From assembly GCF_001194135.2 (NCBI RefSeq), contig NC_068984.1:72749689-72802849 (forward strand): a stretch of DNA of 53,161 nt, written 5' to 3'. Positions within the stretch are counted from its first letter, which is position 1. Each line of letters starts with the position of its first letter. The translations under genes were made by a program, and so were the position numbers. The notes beneath the pieces were generated by a model, which saw only the letters and a list, made by a program, of their open reading frames with translations, did not search any database and was not told the DNA's origin. The stretch is from Octopus bimaculoides. Taxonomy: Eukaryota. This document shows, piece after piece, positions 1 to 12,975 of this stretch.

Positions 1-84
<84 letters not shown>

Positions 85-90
85 CGTGTG
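1..90. repeat. (TA)n/(CA)n microsatellite
   Basis: Direct dinucleotide runs. Confidence 0.95.
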
Positions 91-895
91 TAGCGATGTA
101 TAACCACGTGGTTAAAGCAATTATATAAATAAACATTCACGCACATAATTTATACATACATATACACATACGCACACACATATATGTACACTTATATCAA
201 GAAATAAAGTGAAAGTACCTAATTAAGAATTCGTAGAAAACAACTAATTTAATTGGAGGAAACAAAGAAATGTTTGTTTAAACGTTAAATTAAAGATAAC
301 AAACTAAACTAAACTGAAACTAAATGTTCTGTTTTTTAGTTACATTAAACCTGCAGCAGTTTTTACATTTGTACATTGAACCTATGTATAACGTCAAATC
401 TCTTCTTACCAAAGAATGGACACTCAATTGTTTATAAACTAATTGTTTTAGTAAAATAAATGCAAGTTTATATTACAAAATACACACACAAAATATCAGA
501 AAGTAGTTATTTTAAAATCTGTTTTCAATTAAACTCTTTACAATTTATTTTCATTGGTGTATACCTAGCGTACAGAATCCAGATAAGTGATGAGTGCTAC
601 TATATCGCAGCCAATTTATTGGTCTCACAATGAAAGCTTTTATATTTTATTTCACATTTCTAGTTATAATGACAGTAATTCTTCTGCTGTTCTCAGATGT
701 TATTACCATGACGAATAAAAGAAAACATTAACTGACATCTATTTAAATAGATACTTAGTTCTTCAAATAAATATTCATGTGTTCATGTATTGTGTCTTTG
801 TTGGTGTATTGTTTTACATAAAAGAATAATTAACATCACACAAAACATTTTAACTGGAAAACAGTAGACATCGACATTAAAATAATCTCAACAAG

Positions 896-928
<33 letters not shown>

Positions 929-1669
929 GAATCAATAAAAGTGAAAATAAAGAAAACTTTTACAAGAAATCATTAGTAGAACGTTTCGTTAAGTGAAACA
1001 GTTTACTGAATTTTCACCAAAATTTTTATAGCTGTTACGTCTTTAGAGGATGTGTCTGAATGGACATTTAAATTACCCTATTACTTCTGTTTAATTGATT
1101 AAACAAATAATTAATTGTACAGATTTATACTAGAAAGGTTAGTAAATTTACACACACTGATAGAATGTACTATTCTCGAATGAAACAATACTGAAATTGT
1201 TTTCAAGTGGGGCGGAATGTTACATATTATACACTAAAGGCAATCCTATCAGAAGCATACACCTGATTTCAATGATAGTCCCACGAGAAACATCAACCGA
1301 TCTAAAGATTATTAGTTATCATGGCTATTTCTCTGAACTGCTCATACTGTGTTGCGCTAATAGTACCTCATTACTTTAAAAATACTGCAATTCAGTTTGC
1401 ATCTTCTTTAGCCTGCACACAAGTCTGAATAAAGCTATTTGATCCTTAGCCCTCTCATTCAATTTCCAGATTTTCAAAACAGGGAGAAATTTGCCTACTT
1501 TTACATACCAGATACAAGAAAAATATTTTCAAAAAAGATATAGGAAATTTTGATAGAAATGTGGCCACCCACTTTGAAGCAGTTTGTAGGACAATCAAAA
1601 GACAACTACTAATACCAAAATTCAGATTTATGTCAAGTACAAAAATGTACACTTAAAGTTGCTACCTCA

Positions 1670-1750
1670 TATGCTAGAAATAGCTGCCTAAATTTTCTCA
1701 AATTACACCCTTCCATCTTAAGAACTGGAAAGCATTCGATAATAGTGTCC
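1670..1750 (+). repeat. Degenerate interspersed repeat fragment (family D); related pieces at about 2800-2960 and 21640-21780
   Basis: Shares the motif ataat(a/gt)gtcctaaa and upstream similarity with 2830-2910; highly decayed. Confidence 0.3.
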
Positions 1751-2334
1751 TAAATGTACTGAATCTGAAACCAAAGTGGTAAGTGTTCGGTTCAGTGTGA
1801 ACGAACAAGTTTGACGTAGGGTTAAACATTAAGAACAAATCGATTTTATGTATTCTGAAATTCGAAATGAGCATGGAATAAGAGTGAAAAAATAAGATAC
1901 ATATCAAAATTAAGATTATCTGCTAAACTTATGTGTTTTTCTTTATTTCAGACTGAAATTCGTGTGGCCAAATGGAAAAGCAGTTTCTCAAATATGCAAA
2001 TAATAGAGATTATAATTAGAGACAGATAAAATGTTACTAGAGTGAAATAAAGTGCCGAAATTGATATTTTTCAAGGCTAGGCAGAAAGCCAATAACTGAA
2101 ACCGGTAAAACAAGTAAAATTATGGCTTAGATTACGCGATACACGATGCATCTGCTAAATGTTAGGCAACTGTAAGAATAGTCTTTCTAAATTTTCATGA
2201 ATATTGTAAATTCCGTATGTGTAGGAAATCGCCAGGTAATTAATTTATTTATCACACAAGGGGAAAAAATTGTGGTATATGTTCGCAACACTAGATGTTT
2301 GGGAAAGAAATCAATCATTCAACGGTATTTCACA

Positions 2335-2565
2335 TTTCTTTATTGCCCACAAGGAGCTAAACATAGAGGGGGCAAACAACGATAGACAAAGGGATTAAGT
2401 CGATTACATCGACCCCAGTGCATAACTGGTGCTGAATTTAATCGACCCCGAAAGGATGAAAGGCAAAGTCGACCTCGGCGGAATTTGAACTCAGAACGTA
2501 GCGGCAGACGAAATACCGCGATGCATTTCGCCCGGCGTGCTAACGTTTCTGCCAGCTCGTCGCCT
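2335..2565 (-). mobile_element. SINE family A, full length (tRNA-like head, central CCTTTCATCCTTTCGGGGTCGAT core, long tail variant)
   Basis: Minus strand reads ggcgacgagctggcagaaacgttagcacg...gagttcaaattcc (A/B-box-like) then gcctttcatcctttcggggtcgat; at least 10 similar copies in the window. Confidence 0.9.
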
Positions 2566-3199
2566 TTCAACAATATTTCAATGATTCAACACTATTTGGT
2601 ACAAAATTTAACATTTGGCTTAATATATCAGATAATTCGGGAAATTATATTTAAAATAAAATATTTATATTACTAGTAGCAAAGAAAATGGTACACTGTT
2701 ACTCGGAAATCAAATAATCAAGACTTTGCTATAAGTATGTAATTTGGGTTTGTCGGAACTTTAAAACCAATAACATTCAACGACGAGGTAACGGGTGAAG
2801 TCTAATGTGGCTTACCCGATCTGCAAGAGAAAACAGTGTAATCTCTCTCACGTCAAACGACCACTATGTTTGAAAGGAAGCTATACATTGAATAATGTAG
2901 TCCTAAACATGCAGTTTAACAAGAGAAGAGTGGTGTGATGGAAATAGGAATGTATATATTCATCCGGCTCATATATACTCATTCAGATAGTGTGGGATTA
3001 AAACCAAACAAACACATCTGTTATTTTCCAAGTCGTTAGTGATGTAGCTCTATAAATTATAATATCTGGGTAAGCAAATGTAGTTCAAATTCATATTAAA
3101 ACAAAACATAAAGACCAGTGATAAAACCAACGATAAATGATTATAATACTTTCCTTGTTTTTGGTGGATGGTGCTTACATATTTTTGATAATACTGAAA

Positions 3200-3276
3200 A
3201 TTAAAGGTAAATAATATGTGTGTATGTATATTTACACACAAACACACACACACATATAAATGTATATATATATGCA

Positions 3277-3314
<38 letters not shown>

Positions 3315-3443
3315 NNNNNNNNNNNNNNNNNNNNNNNNNNNNNNNNNNNNATATATATATGATAGACATACTACATACATGCATATGAATATATGTATAT
3401 GTGTGTGTGTGTATATATACTGTATATATATATAAAGATATAT

Positions 3444-3505
<62 letters not shown>

Positions 3506-3540
3506 GTATGTATATATACATATATACATATATATGTAAA
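3200..3540. repeat. Compound (TA)/(CA)/(TG) microsatellite with gap 3315-3350
   Basis: Direct observation. Confidence 0.9.
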
Positions 3541-4193
3541 TCTTCTTATGAAACAGAAAAAGGATATGGGAGAATAAAAACGCATAGAAACCCGAGCGAT
3601 TGGATATATACAGCACCCTGCAGCTATTTTCAAGGTCTTTTTCCTTATTTCTTCAGTTGACCTTTGGTAAAGAGATTCCTTAACAATTTGATGGGACAAT
3701 GTGGCGATACTTGCATCTAATAGTTTTCTCGTTTTCCTGACAAAATGAGATCCAATAACTATCTATTTTCCCCACTTCTTTTAAATACCTTAAAGCTATT
3801 ATATACAATGGTTTATTATTGCTACATCTTTAGCACAAGCATCGTTGCAGCAATCAGTCATCTTCATCATCATCATCACGGCAAACAGCACTAGCACAAA
3901 TGAACATCATCATCATCATCATCATCATCGTTGTCGTCGTCATTGTCACCACCACCACCACCTCCACGATGACGACGCCCCCCCAACCATCACCACCAAC
4001 TCCTCCACTGCCACCACCGTCTTCATAACGACGTAAATATACTTTTCTGTGTCTCCCCCCACTGTGTATTAATTTCACAGCATCATCTGTCTTGAGATTT
4101 TTAGCACGTACACATATCTATAAACATAAAATGATTGTAAAGTATGTGCTAATGTAGACCTATCATTATTCCACATAGACTGGGCAAAAATAG

Positions 4194-4242
<49 letters not shown>

Positions 4243-4383
4243 TATGCATACATACATAATTCACTCACAAACACACATGTATATATACATACACACACAC
4301 ATTGTACTCTTATATACACACACCTACACATACATGTTTATCTATATATAAGAGTGCAGGTATATTTATAGGTTACAAATGTT

Positions 4384-4584
4384 GGCACCAGGCCAGTAAG
4401 TTCCAGAAATGGGGTAAGTTGAAGACATCAGCCCCAATCCTCAACTGGTACTTAATATATCGGCTCCGAAAGGATGAAAGGCAAAGTTTAATTCCGCGGA
4501 ATTTAAGTTTTGAATGTAAAAACGGACGAAATGCCACTAAACATTTTGTCCGGCGTGCTAACGAGTCTGCAAGCTCACCGCCTT
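4384..4584 (-). mobile_element. SINE family A copy
   Basis: ccgaaaggatgaaaggcaaagt...ccggcgtgctaacgagtctgcaagctcaccgcctt aligns with the 2335-2565 copy. Confidence 0.85.
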
Positions 4585-4635
4585 GTGCAAATATATTTAT
4601 TGCCAATCTATTGCCAATATATTGTGATCGTAAAC

Positions 4636-4732
<97 letters not shown>
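4636..4732. repeat. (AAT)~19 directly followed by (ATT)~13, a palindromic microsatellite
   Basis: Direct observation. Confidence 0.95.
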
Positions 4733-5268
4733 GAGTAAATGCCCTGATGCAGTAACAGGTAGTGGCTCTCATGACTTCTTAACTGATTGGAAGTGTTATC
4801 GTGTACATTGTTTTGTCTTGGTATAAAAGATTGGCTACTGTAAATATTCTGCTCAATACTACAGAGTTGCTTGTCAGTTGTTTGACCTTAACCAGTGGAG
4901 CATGTCCCTTGGTAGCTGGCGATATGTACATTTCTGATCAGGAGCAGAAGTAGTGGGGGAGCATCATAGCCATGTGATCAGAGAAATTCTTTGGGGTTTG
5001 GATAATACACCACTAGAAACATGGGTGTTTCTTTCAACATCCTCAAACAACCCTTATTCAGGGAACTTTTCAGTGGGATGGGCTACTCGAACTGAAGAAA
5101 ATTTTAACTAGGCCTCATCAGCAAGGTCATGTGCTGTTTATCTTGATATGAGACCAGCATGTCGCACTCATATAGTTGTGATGCATTGCCTGGTGTACCC
5201 TTATCGGACAGGTAGTCATGATGGCTATACTGGGCTTCGTATATTTTATCCCTGTGTCACTCAATGAT
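4733..5268. repeat. Probable ~535-bp interspersed repeat bounded by trinucleotide microsatellites
   Basis: Complex, GC-elevated, non-coding block sharply delimited by (ATT)n on the left and (AAT)n(AGT)n on the right. Only one copy in the window, so repeat status rests on my recollection of similar octopus sequence. Confidence 0.5.
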
Positions 5269-5270
5269 AG

Positions 5271-5291
5271 CAATAATAATAATAATAATAA

Positions 5292-5371
<80 letters not shown>

Positions 5372-5380
5372 ATAAATAAA
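5271..5380. repeat. (AAT)n(AGT)n microsatellite
   Basis: Direct observation. Confidence 0.95.
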
Positions 5381-5694
5381 TGTTTGCCAATACATAGCAA
5401 AAAAACTTTTGGAAGTATTTTAAAATTAAACTTTCTGCAAAACTGATGAGATTCAAGTTTGAAACAGCAAAATAATGTTTATGGATTCCTTGGATTTGAG
5501 AATGATTCATTCTCGCTACAATATAAGTATATTCATATATAAATATATGTGTGTGTGTGTGTGTGTGCTTGTGTGTTTGTGTGTGTGTGTGCGTGTGTGT
5601 TTGTGTGTGTGTGCGTGTGTGTGTGCGTGCGTGCGTGTATGTGTGTATAAATATAAACAAACTGGCGTTTTTTTATGATAAGCGGCGAAATGTG

Positions 5695-6101
5695 TATTGT
5701 ACGTTATAAGCAAGAAGATATTGTTTTCGAACGCGGAATTTGCCGTTATAACAACAGGAATACTGGGTAAATTACCCTTAAAAAGTGGAAAAAAAGGTAT
5801 TTTTTGTATTGTACAATACACCTTTCAACGCTTCTAATAAAACAAATGTTAGTTTGCTTATAAGTATTTTTATATTTTGTTCGGTTAACTATTTAGCGCG
5901 TTTAAATCAGCGTAAGTTTGGCCGCTGGAAGTTTAACGTAACGGTAAAGCACTCATCCGGAAACTTGAGGGATGTGGGTTCGAATCCCATGGCTGTCTGT
6001 TGACAAGTTTCTTCTTGCCTTCAAAAGTTAATTTACCCAATATTTCTGCAGTTCTCACGGGAATTCAGCGTTCGGAAAAAATATCTTCTTGTTTGTATCG
6101 T

Positions 6102-6107
<6 letters not shown>
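5695..6107 (+). mobile_element. MITE-like element with ~82-bp imperfect TIRs, TA at both ends, and an internal tRNA-like cassette
   Basis: 5695-5776 (tattgtacgttataagcaagaagatattgttttcgaacgcggaatt...tactgggtaaatta) matches the reverse complement of 6026-6107 at about 80% identity; B-box GGTTCGAATCC near 5977-5987. Confidence 0.8.
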
Positions 6108-6157
<50 letters not shown>

Positions 6158-6462
6158 CCTTCACACTACTTATAACAGCCTCTCTAAGAAACCTTTTATC
6201 TGACAGCTATACATTAAGCACTTAATAATCTCTGTATATCCTAATGTGATATTATTTATTTATAAGATGGCTAATGTCATGAACTAATCAAAGTCACTTA
6301 CTGACTTGTATATGTTTTATCTCTTCCAGATGAGTGGAATAAAACAATTAACTCTAGGAAAACCAGAAAACTAGATCAAATGTGGTGTCACGAAATGCGG
6401 TGAAATATTTGCTTCATCATTTTTGGTTCTACTCTGTTGCTCCCATCCACGAAGCATGAAAT

Positions 6463-6935
6463 ATACAAGGTTCATTCCAGAAGTTTCGAGACATTTTGAT
6501 GGGTGACATTCATTAATTTCAAAACAAGTTGCAAAACTAATCTTCAAAGTACGATCCTCTGAAGTCAATGCTCTTCAATGCCACACTCTAGCCACTTTGT
6601 GAAGGCCCCATAGAAGTTCCATAGAAGATGAAGGCCCCACAGAAGATGAAGGAAGCTGTGACAATGGTTCTGGACACCCCGAATTTGAAGGTCTTTAAAC
6701 TGATGGTGTCCAAGACTATTGTCACAGTTTCCTTCATCTTCCAAGTACCTTCAAAATGATTGCCCATGACGTTCCCCTCCAGCATATGGAACAACCAAAA
6801 ATCACAGGGAGGATTAGGGACAATTTTGACGCTCGTCTCTGTCAAGTAGTTGAACACCAGGAAGGAATTGTGGACTGGTGCATTGTATTACCACAGACGC
6901 GACAAAACCTCTTCTTAAGCTCCCTCAAACGCTCC
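6463..6935 (-). mobile_element. Mariner transposase 3' relic with internal inverted duplication
   Basis: Minus-strand translation gives NAPVHNSFLV..YLT..PNPPCDFWLF..MKETVTIVLDT and AFTKWLE../SIDFRGSYFED*; TIR-like tatacaaggttcattccagaagtttcgagac at about 6463. Confidence 0.85.
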
Positions 6936-7319
6936 ATAAATAACCATTGTGTGTTTAACTATAAGTCTGCCTTTTAATATTAGTTTTATGTCCCCCACCC
7001 CCCAAAAATATATATAATTAAACCACTTGATAAATATAGATCGAAATAACTATTGCAGTAGGGGTTATATAAAAATCTTAATTACTTGAAGTTCGTAACG
7101 GCACTTCATAGTTGAATGCAATCCAATGACCAATGACTGAAAAGATTACATGATTGCAGTAATATAAAGTTAAATTCAATGAAAGTATTCTTCAAAATAT
7201 AATAATATACAAGAAGATGCTAAAATGAATTAAATACCAAAAACTGTTAATAGATAATTAAGTAATAAAAGATAATAAATGGTGACATGTAATGGTTAAA
7301 TGGATGTTGACATATATAT

Positions 7320-7410
7320 ATGGTAAAGAAGTTCGCCTTACATTCATGAGATTCCAGGTTCAATTACAGTAAGTGGTAGCTTGGGCAAGTGTCTTCTACC
7401 AAGACCTCAA
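7320..7410 (+). mobile_element. Degenerate SINE family B head
   Basis: tggtaaagaagttcg...ccaggttcaatt...cttgggcaagtgtcttcta matches the family B 5' region. Confidence 0.55.
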
Positions 7411-7490
7411 ACTTTGCGGGGAGTAATGGGGTGGATTGAAAGAGGGTAATAACTTGTTTAAATTTTACCCTGCTCTCATCGCAATATTGA

Positions 7491-7701
7491 TTTCAAATTT
7501 TGGCATAAGGTCAGCAATTTGGAAGGAGGGATAATTCGACTACATTGACCCCAGTGCACAACTAGTACTTATTTTATCGACCTCGAAAAGATGAAAGGCA
7601 AAGTCGATCTCGGTTGAATTTGAACTCAGAACGTAAAGACGGACAAAATGTCGCTAAGCATTTTGCCCTGGTTGTTAACGGTTCTGCAGTTTTACCACCT
7701 T
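7491..7701 (-). mobile_element. SINE family A copy
   Basis: gaaaagatgaaaggcaaagtcgatctcggttgaatttgaactcagaacgt aligns with the other copies. Confidence 0.85.
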
Positions 7702-8616
7702 TCACGCTTATCACAATGTTTTGTGGATTCGACCTGACAATTACGTTAAGGAAACATGTAACTGCGAAACAGTCAGCCACTTAGAGGTTAGATATTTCGA
7801 TTAATCGACTAACTGCACTTTTCTCGCTGAAAGTGACAGAATATCCAACGTAACATATCAGAAGGATTTTATTTATCATCTTTCTACTAAATAATCATTT
7901 CTAACTAGACATAAATTTAGGAGGCTGTTTTATTATTTTAAAGGTATTTGCTTAATTGACCAGTATTTGATTTCTTTAACCCAGGAGGATTAAAATGAAA
8001 TTGACTGCAGAAGGAAGAGAGGAAGTGAACTCAAGGAGGTAAAAAGGAAGTGAATTCCAGAAGGAAGGGATAAGAAAATGTCCACACTAGAAAAATGGAA
8101 AGAAAAAGACTCTAGCAGGGAGAAAAAAAGAAAATGTGTACTTCAGGTGGATGAAAAAACATATCAACAGTGGTATGATTTTTAACACACAGGTAAAGAT
8201 ATGTCTGTCAATACAGAAAAAAATTATACTTATATTTCACAGATTTTGCTGCTATCGCACTTCTGATACAATAGCCATCATTACTATAGAAAGCGATTCC
8301 ATAATTTTGTCAAGTCACAGTTATATTGTACTGACAAGCTTTTGTGCTAAACTTTATTACAATGGAATTTAGATTGATTTTCAAAATCTAAAATCCTTCG
8401 CAAAATGATGTGGTTTTGGGTCAAAATGTATTTTATAATAAAGATCTAATTAATTAGATTCTAATTCGTTCATTGATTGAAAGTAAATTCCCTATGCATT
8501 GAAATTTCAGGCAAATAATTAAAATTAAAGAAAACTTTAATTAGATAGGGCGTGAAAGAGAGATGCACCAGGAGAGGAAAATAGGGAAAAAATTATATGA
8601 CAACTACATATAGTGC

Positions 8617-8708
8617 TACATACATACATGCGCACATACATACATACATGCACACATACATACATACATACATACATACATACATACATACATACATACA
8701 TACATACC
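8617..8708. repeat. (TACA)n microsatellite
   Basis: Direct observation. Confidence 0.95.
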
Positions 8709-8727
8709 TAGTTATGTACGTATGGAT

Positions 8728-9650
8728 GTATAGGAAACGCGTTCAAAAAGTATCCGGTTCAGGGCATCAAAAAAAAAATTGTACATTTCATAAATTTTAT
8801 TTGATCACCTTCAAAATACTCCTCTTGGGAGTTCACACACTTCTTCCAGCGGCTCTGTCACTATTAGTAACACCTCTGGAACGCCTCTGGAATGCAGTTG
8901 AGCTCTGCAGTCGCTTTTCTTACAATTTCCACTGGTAACTCAAATCGATTCCCTTTTAACGTGATTTTCTGATTGGAGAAGAACCAAAGTCATACAGTGC
9001 CAAGGAGGGAAAGTAGGGAGAGTAAGGAGCCTGTTGAACAAGTGATGCATTGTTCTAGACGAGGAAAGCTTGGATTATGAGGTGTGTTCAAAAAGTATTC
9101 GATTTTATTTCTTCGTCGACTCTCTGCACGCGCAAATACTCCACTAAAATAGAATATGCTTATTTACATTTCATGAGTGATTTCCTGGATTTTTACACGA
9201 CGGTCTGTCATGACTTCTGGCCGAATATTCTCAATGGGGTCCTAGTTTCAGCTTTGCCGATGGCCTGCTTGAATATGTCTTACTGTCCACTGAAGTATGG
9301 CCATGCTTGAAGCGGTTGTACCACTCCATGATTTAAAGTTTGCCCATGGCATCATCGTCAATGATCTGCTAAATCTTCTGGATGCTTTAAGCTCGAGTAC
9401 TACAGAGCTTTTGACAATATTTGATGCAATATCTCTGCTGAATACCTTCAGTGAAAACAAAAAATAAATCCGTCGAGGGCATACTTCACGTCTGTATAAG
9501 TATGACTGTCGGGAACTGATGCAGCCTACCGGCGCGGAAATTTTGATGTATGTTCAGAAAGAGTGGTGTCATCTCCCATCCAAAGAATTTTGCTCCCACA
9601 GCATTAGTTTTGACGACACAAATACGTCGGGTAACATTTGAAGATGCCTT
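8728..9650 (-). mobile_element. Mariner relic(s): C-terminal and N-terminal transposase fragments with a large central deletion
   Basis: Minus strand gives EQRYCIKYCQK..DAMG..EWYNRFKHG..SRPS (HTH region), TDRRVKIQEI, QAPYSP and SRWKKCVNSQEEYFEG; TIR-like ends at about 8730, 9076 and 9650. Confidence 0.85.
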
Positions 9651-9732
9651 GCATGTGTGGCTGTATGTGTGCATATACAAGCTTATATATGCAAACATGT
9701 GTATTTATTCTGTGTATATAAATGCGTATGAA

Positions 9733-10063
9733 GGCGCATGGCTCAGTGGTTAGAGCGTCGAGCTTACGATCATGTGGTTGTGAGTTCGAATCCCGGGCCA
9801 GGCTGCATGTTGTGTTCTTGAGCAAGACACTTTATTTCACGTTGCTCCAGTTCACTCAGCTGTAGAAATGAGTTGCGACGTGACATTTGCCAAGCGGTAT
9901 TACCCTTTGCCTTTTCCTTGGGTAACACTAGTGGCGTGGACAGGGGAGACCGGTATGTATGGGCGACTGCTGATCATCCATAAACAACCTTGCCCGGACT
10001 TGTGCCTGAGAGGGTAACTTTCAAGGTACAATCCCATAGTCAGTCATGACCGAAGGGGGTCTC
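9733..10063 (+). mobile_element. tRNA-derived SINE family C
   Basis: A-box TGGCTCAGTGG at 9739-9749 and B-box GAGTTCGAATCC at 9782-9793, followed by gtgttcttgagcaagacacttt, a central domain resembling V/CORE-type SINE cores. Confidence 0.85.
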
Positions 10064-10868
10064 ATAAATGCGCATATGCCACTAGATTCCATGCAGTAGG
10101 GGACCTTAGAAATATTGATAGTATTATAATCGACAATTTTTTTACTCTTCCACTGTGTAAATTCAAATACATTTGAATACATCTTGATTTTTGATTCGCA
10201 CACGGAAAAATAAGATGGCCTAAACAAGTTTCCAGGTTAATTGAGTATCTTATTAGAGGAGAAATATCTCTTGGTTCCTCTGATAGGAAGAAAGCTTTTA
10301 GAGAAAATTTCTTCAAGCAAATAACGTCGGCGCTTCAATTAAACTGTTGACAAACATTAATTTACAGTTAAGTGATTATTAAAACATTTTTTCAAAGAAT
10401 AAACGAAGCGCATTTGATATGACATTCCACTATCTTGAATTAATAACACAACGTATGTGTTTGGGAATGTGTGTTAGAGAAAATGTGTTTGAGAAATAAA
10501 TGTTTATAAATATGTTTCCCCTCAAGATTCCCAATGATTGCAGGTATCTATACTAATATTTGTATGCAAATACGATACGGATTAATTTTGTTTGGCTTCA
10601 TTAGTGGAAAGTTCTTATGACATTCTCAATATCACAGTTATATCCACATGTTTTTGATACTTCTCTTCAAGTATGCACATATACATATATTGATAGATGT
10701 GTATACATATGTTTATATATATCAAACAATAAGCAACACGGATTTCAAAAGTGATTGCAGTACGCACGTTTCATGCTACTTCAATTTATTTAAGTAATGT
10801 GAGCATTACCTTAAATGCAATATGAAGAGCAATCTTCAGCTGCACGAAAAAATGTAGAAAAAAAGACA

Positions 10869-11048
10869 TATTACAAATGTGGCAACATATTAAAACCAAG
10901 TGGGAGAGAGCAGAGGAAGAATATATAAGTCCATCTTGACATAGCAGGGTCTATCAGGCTAGATAGACCCTGCTATGTCAAGATGGACTTATATATTCTT
11001 CCTCTGCTCTCTCCCACTTGGTTTTAATATGTTGCCACATTTGTAATA
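10869..11048. repeat. Perfect 87-bp inverted repeat with a 6-nt spacer, running into a gap
   Basis: 10869-10955 is the exact reverse complement of 10962-11048; the spacer is aggcta. Confidence 0.95.
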
Positions 11049-11837
11049 NNNNNNNNNNNNNNNNNNNNNNNNNNNNNNNNNNNNNNNNNNNNNNNNNNNN
11101 NNNNNNNNNNNNNNNNNNNNNNNNNNNNNNNNNNNNNNNNNNNNNNNNNNNNNNNNNNNNNNNNNNNNNNNNNNNNNNNNNNNNNNNNNNNNNNNNNNNN
11201 NNNNNNNNNNNNNNNNNNNNNNNNNNNNNNNNNNNNNNNNNNNNNNNNNNNNNNNNNNNNNNNNNNNNNNNNNNNNNNNNNNNNNNNNNNNNNNNNNNNN
11301 NNNNNNNNNNNNNNNNNNNNNNNNNNNNNNNNNNNNNNNNNNNNNNNNNNNNNNNNNNNNNNNNNNNNNNNNNNNNNNNNNNNNNNNNNNNNNNNNNNNN
11401 NNNNNNNNNNNNNNNNNNNNNNNNNNNNNNNNNNNNNNNNNNNNNNNNNNNNNNNNNNNNNNNNNNNNNNNNNNNNNNNNNNNNNNNNNNNNNNNNNNNN
11501 NNNNNNNNNNNNNNNNNNNNNNNNNNNNNNNNNNNNNNNNNNNNNNNNNNNNNNNNNNNNNNNNNNNNNNNNNNNNNNNNNNNNNNNNNNNNNNNNNNNN
11601 NNNNNNNNNNNNNNNNNNNNNNNNNNNNNNNNNNNNNNNNNNNNNNNNNNATTTATTCTCCGATTTGAAGCAACAATTTTTTAAATATAAACAAATGACC
11701 AAAAAATACAGATATGTCATTAAGTGTACTGAACGTTAACACTTCTGTTTTGTATTGCAACCGAATGATGTCATTAGTTTATAGAACATTTTATGGAAAG
11801 ATAATTTCATCGGTACGTTCGGAAGATGAACTGCTTG

Positions 11838-11879
<42 letters not shown>

Positions 11880-11939
11880 TACAAAATCCAGATATATTCC
11901 TCTAAAATAATGTTTTAGTTATAATGTTCAGGGCAAGAC

Positions 11940-12085
11940 GGGAGAGAGAGAGAGGAGAGAGAAGGACGAGAGAAAGAGATGAGCGGCGAGAGAGGGACAG
12001 TGAGAGAGAGATGAAGATGACGGGCGAGAGAAAGAGAGAGAAAGAGAGCAAGTGAGAGAGAAGAGAGAAAAGAGAGTGAGAGATA
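11940..12085. repeat. (GA)-rich low-complexity polypurine tract
   Basis: Direct observation. Confidence 0.85.
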
Positions 12086-12975
12086 CGCGCTAATACGCAT
12101 CTTTTTCACATAAACTCTGATGAAACCTAATTTGCAGACATTATATCCATCTCGTAATGCAAACAAGGTAATAAACGGACATGATATCAAACTACAAATA
12201 TCGCACTATTAGGAAGTTATAATATTAATGAATTCTACATAAAAATTATTGAAACGAAATAAGAAAGTGCTATTGAATACTTTTTCATGTACACTTATTG
12301 ACAAATCTGTATTGTAAAATCTCACTGGCAGACAATGTAACTGGATGTTTATATAGAAGGATAACAAGATCGCTTGATTTAAGTGCTTGTAATATGATGA
12401 AAAATGATGATTCACGTTGTGTTGCTGCACTGCAGCGGGTCGAGTGATTCATGACAATTTACATGAAATAGAATATGCTACAATACTGCTGGATTGATAA
12501 CAGTTCTATTAACGTGCACGACCACAACATTAAAATATCATAGAATAAGAAGTTTCTACATGCTAAACCAAGATACTCATGTGTTTTGGAATACATGTTT
12601 GAAAGCATTTCAATTTATATTCACTTCACTGTATGATCATAATTCTCCCAATGTCCCTACTTCATTGTAATATATTACACTCTCCCTGACACAGACAGGA
12701 AAGCAATACGATGAAAATTTTAGGATATCTAGCATGCATATCCTTACACATATACAGATCCCACACGCAAATATACTCTCATGCTAAGGAACATGTACAC
12801 ATGTATCCATGTACAAAAGCGCATACACACATATTCCCACATAATCATTGATTACGTTTGCCTATGCGTGTGTGTAATTATGTACGAGTATATATATATA
12901 TGAGCACACAAGTGTGTGCTGGTGCGAATACGTATATCTGTTTGTATGTGTACATACACACACAAACACGCAGAC

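Noticed and set aside
5443-5480. CTGATGA...GAAA hammerhead candidate
   Set aside because: Stems I, II and III do not pair convincingly.
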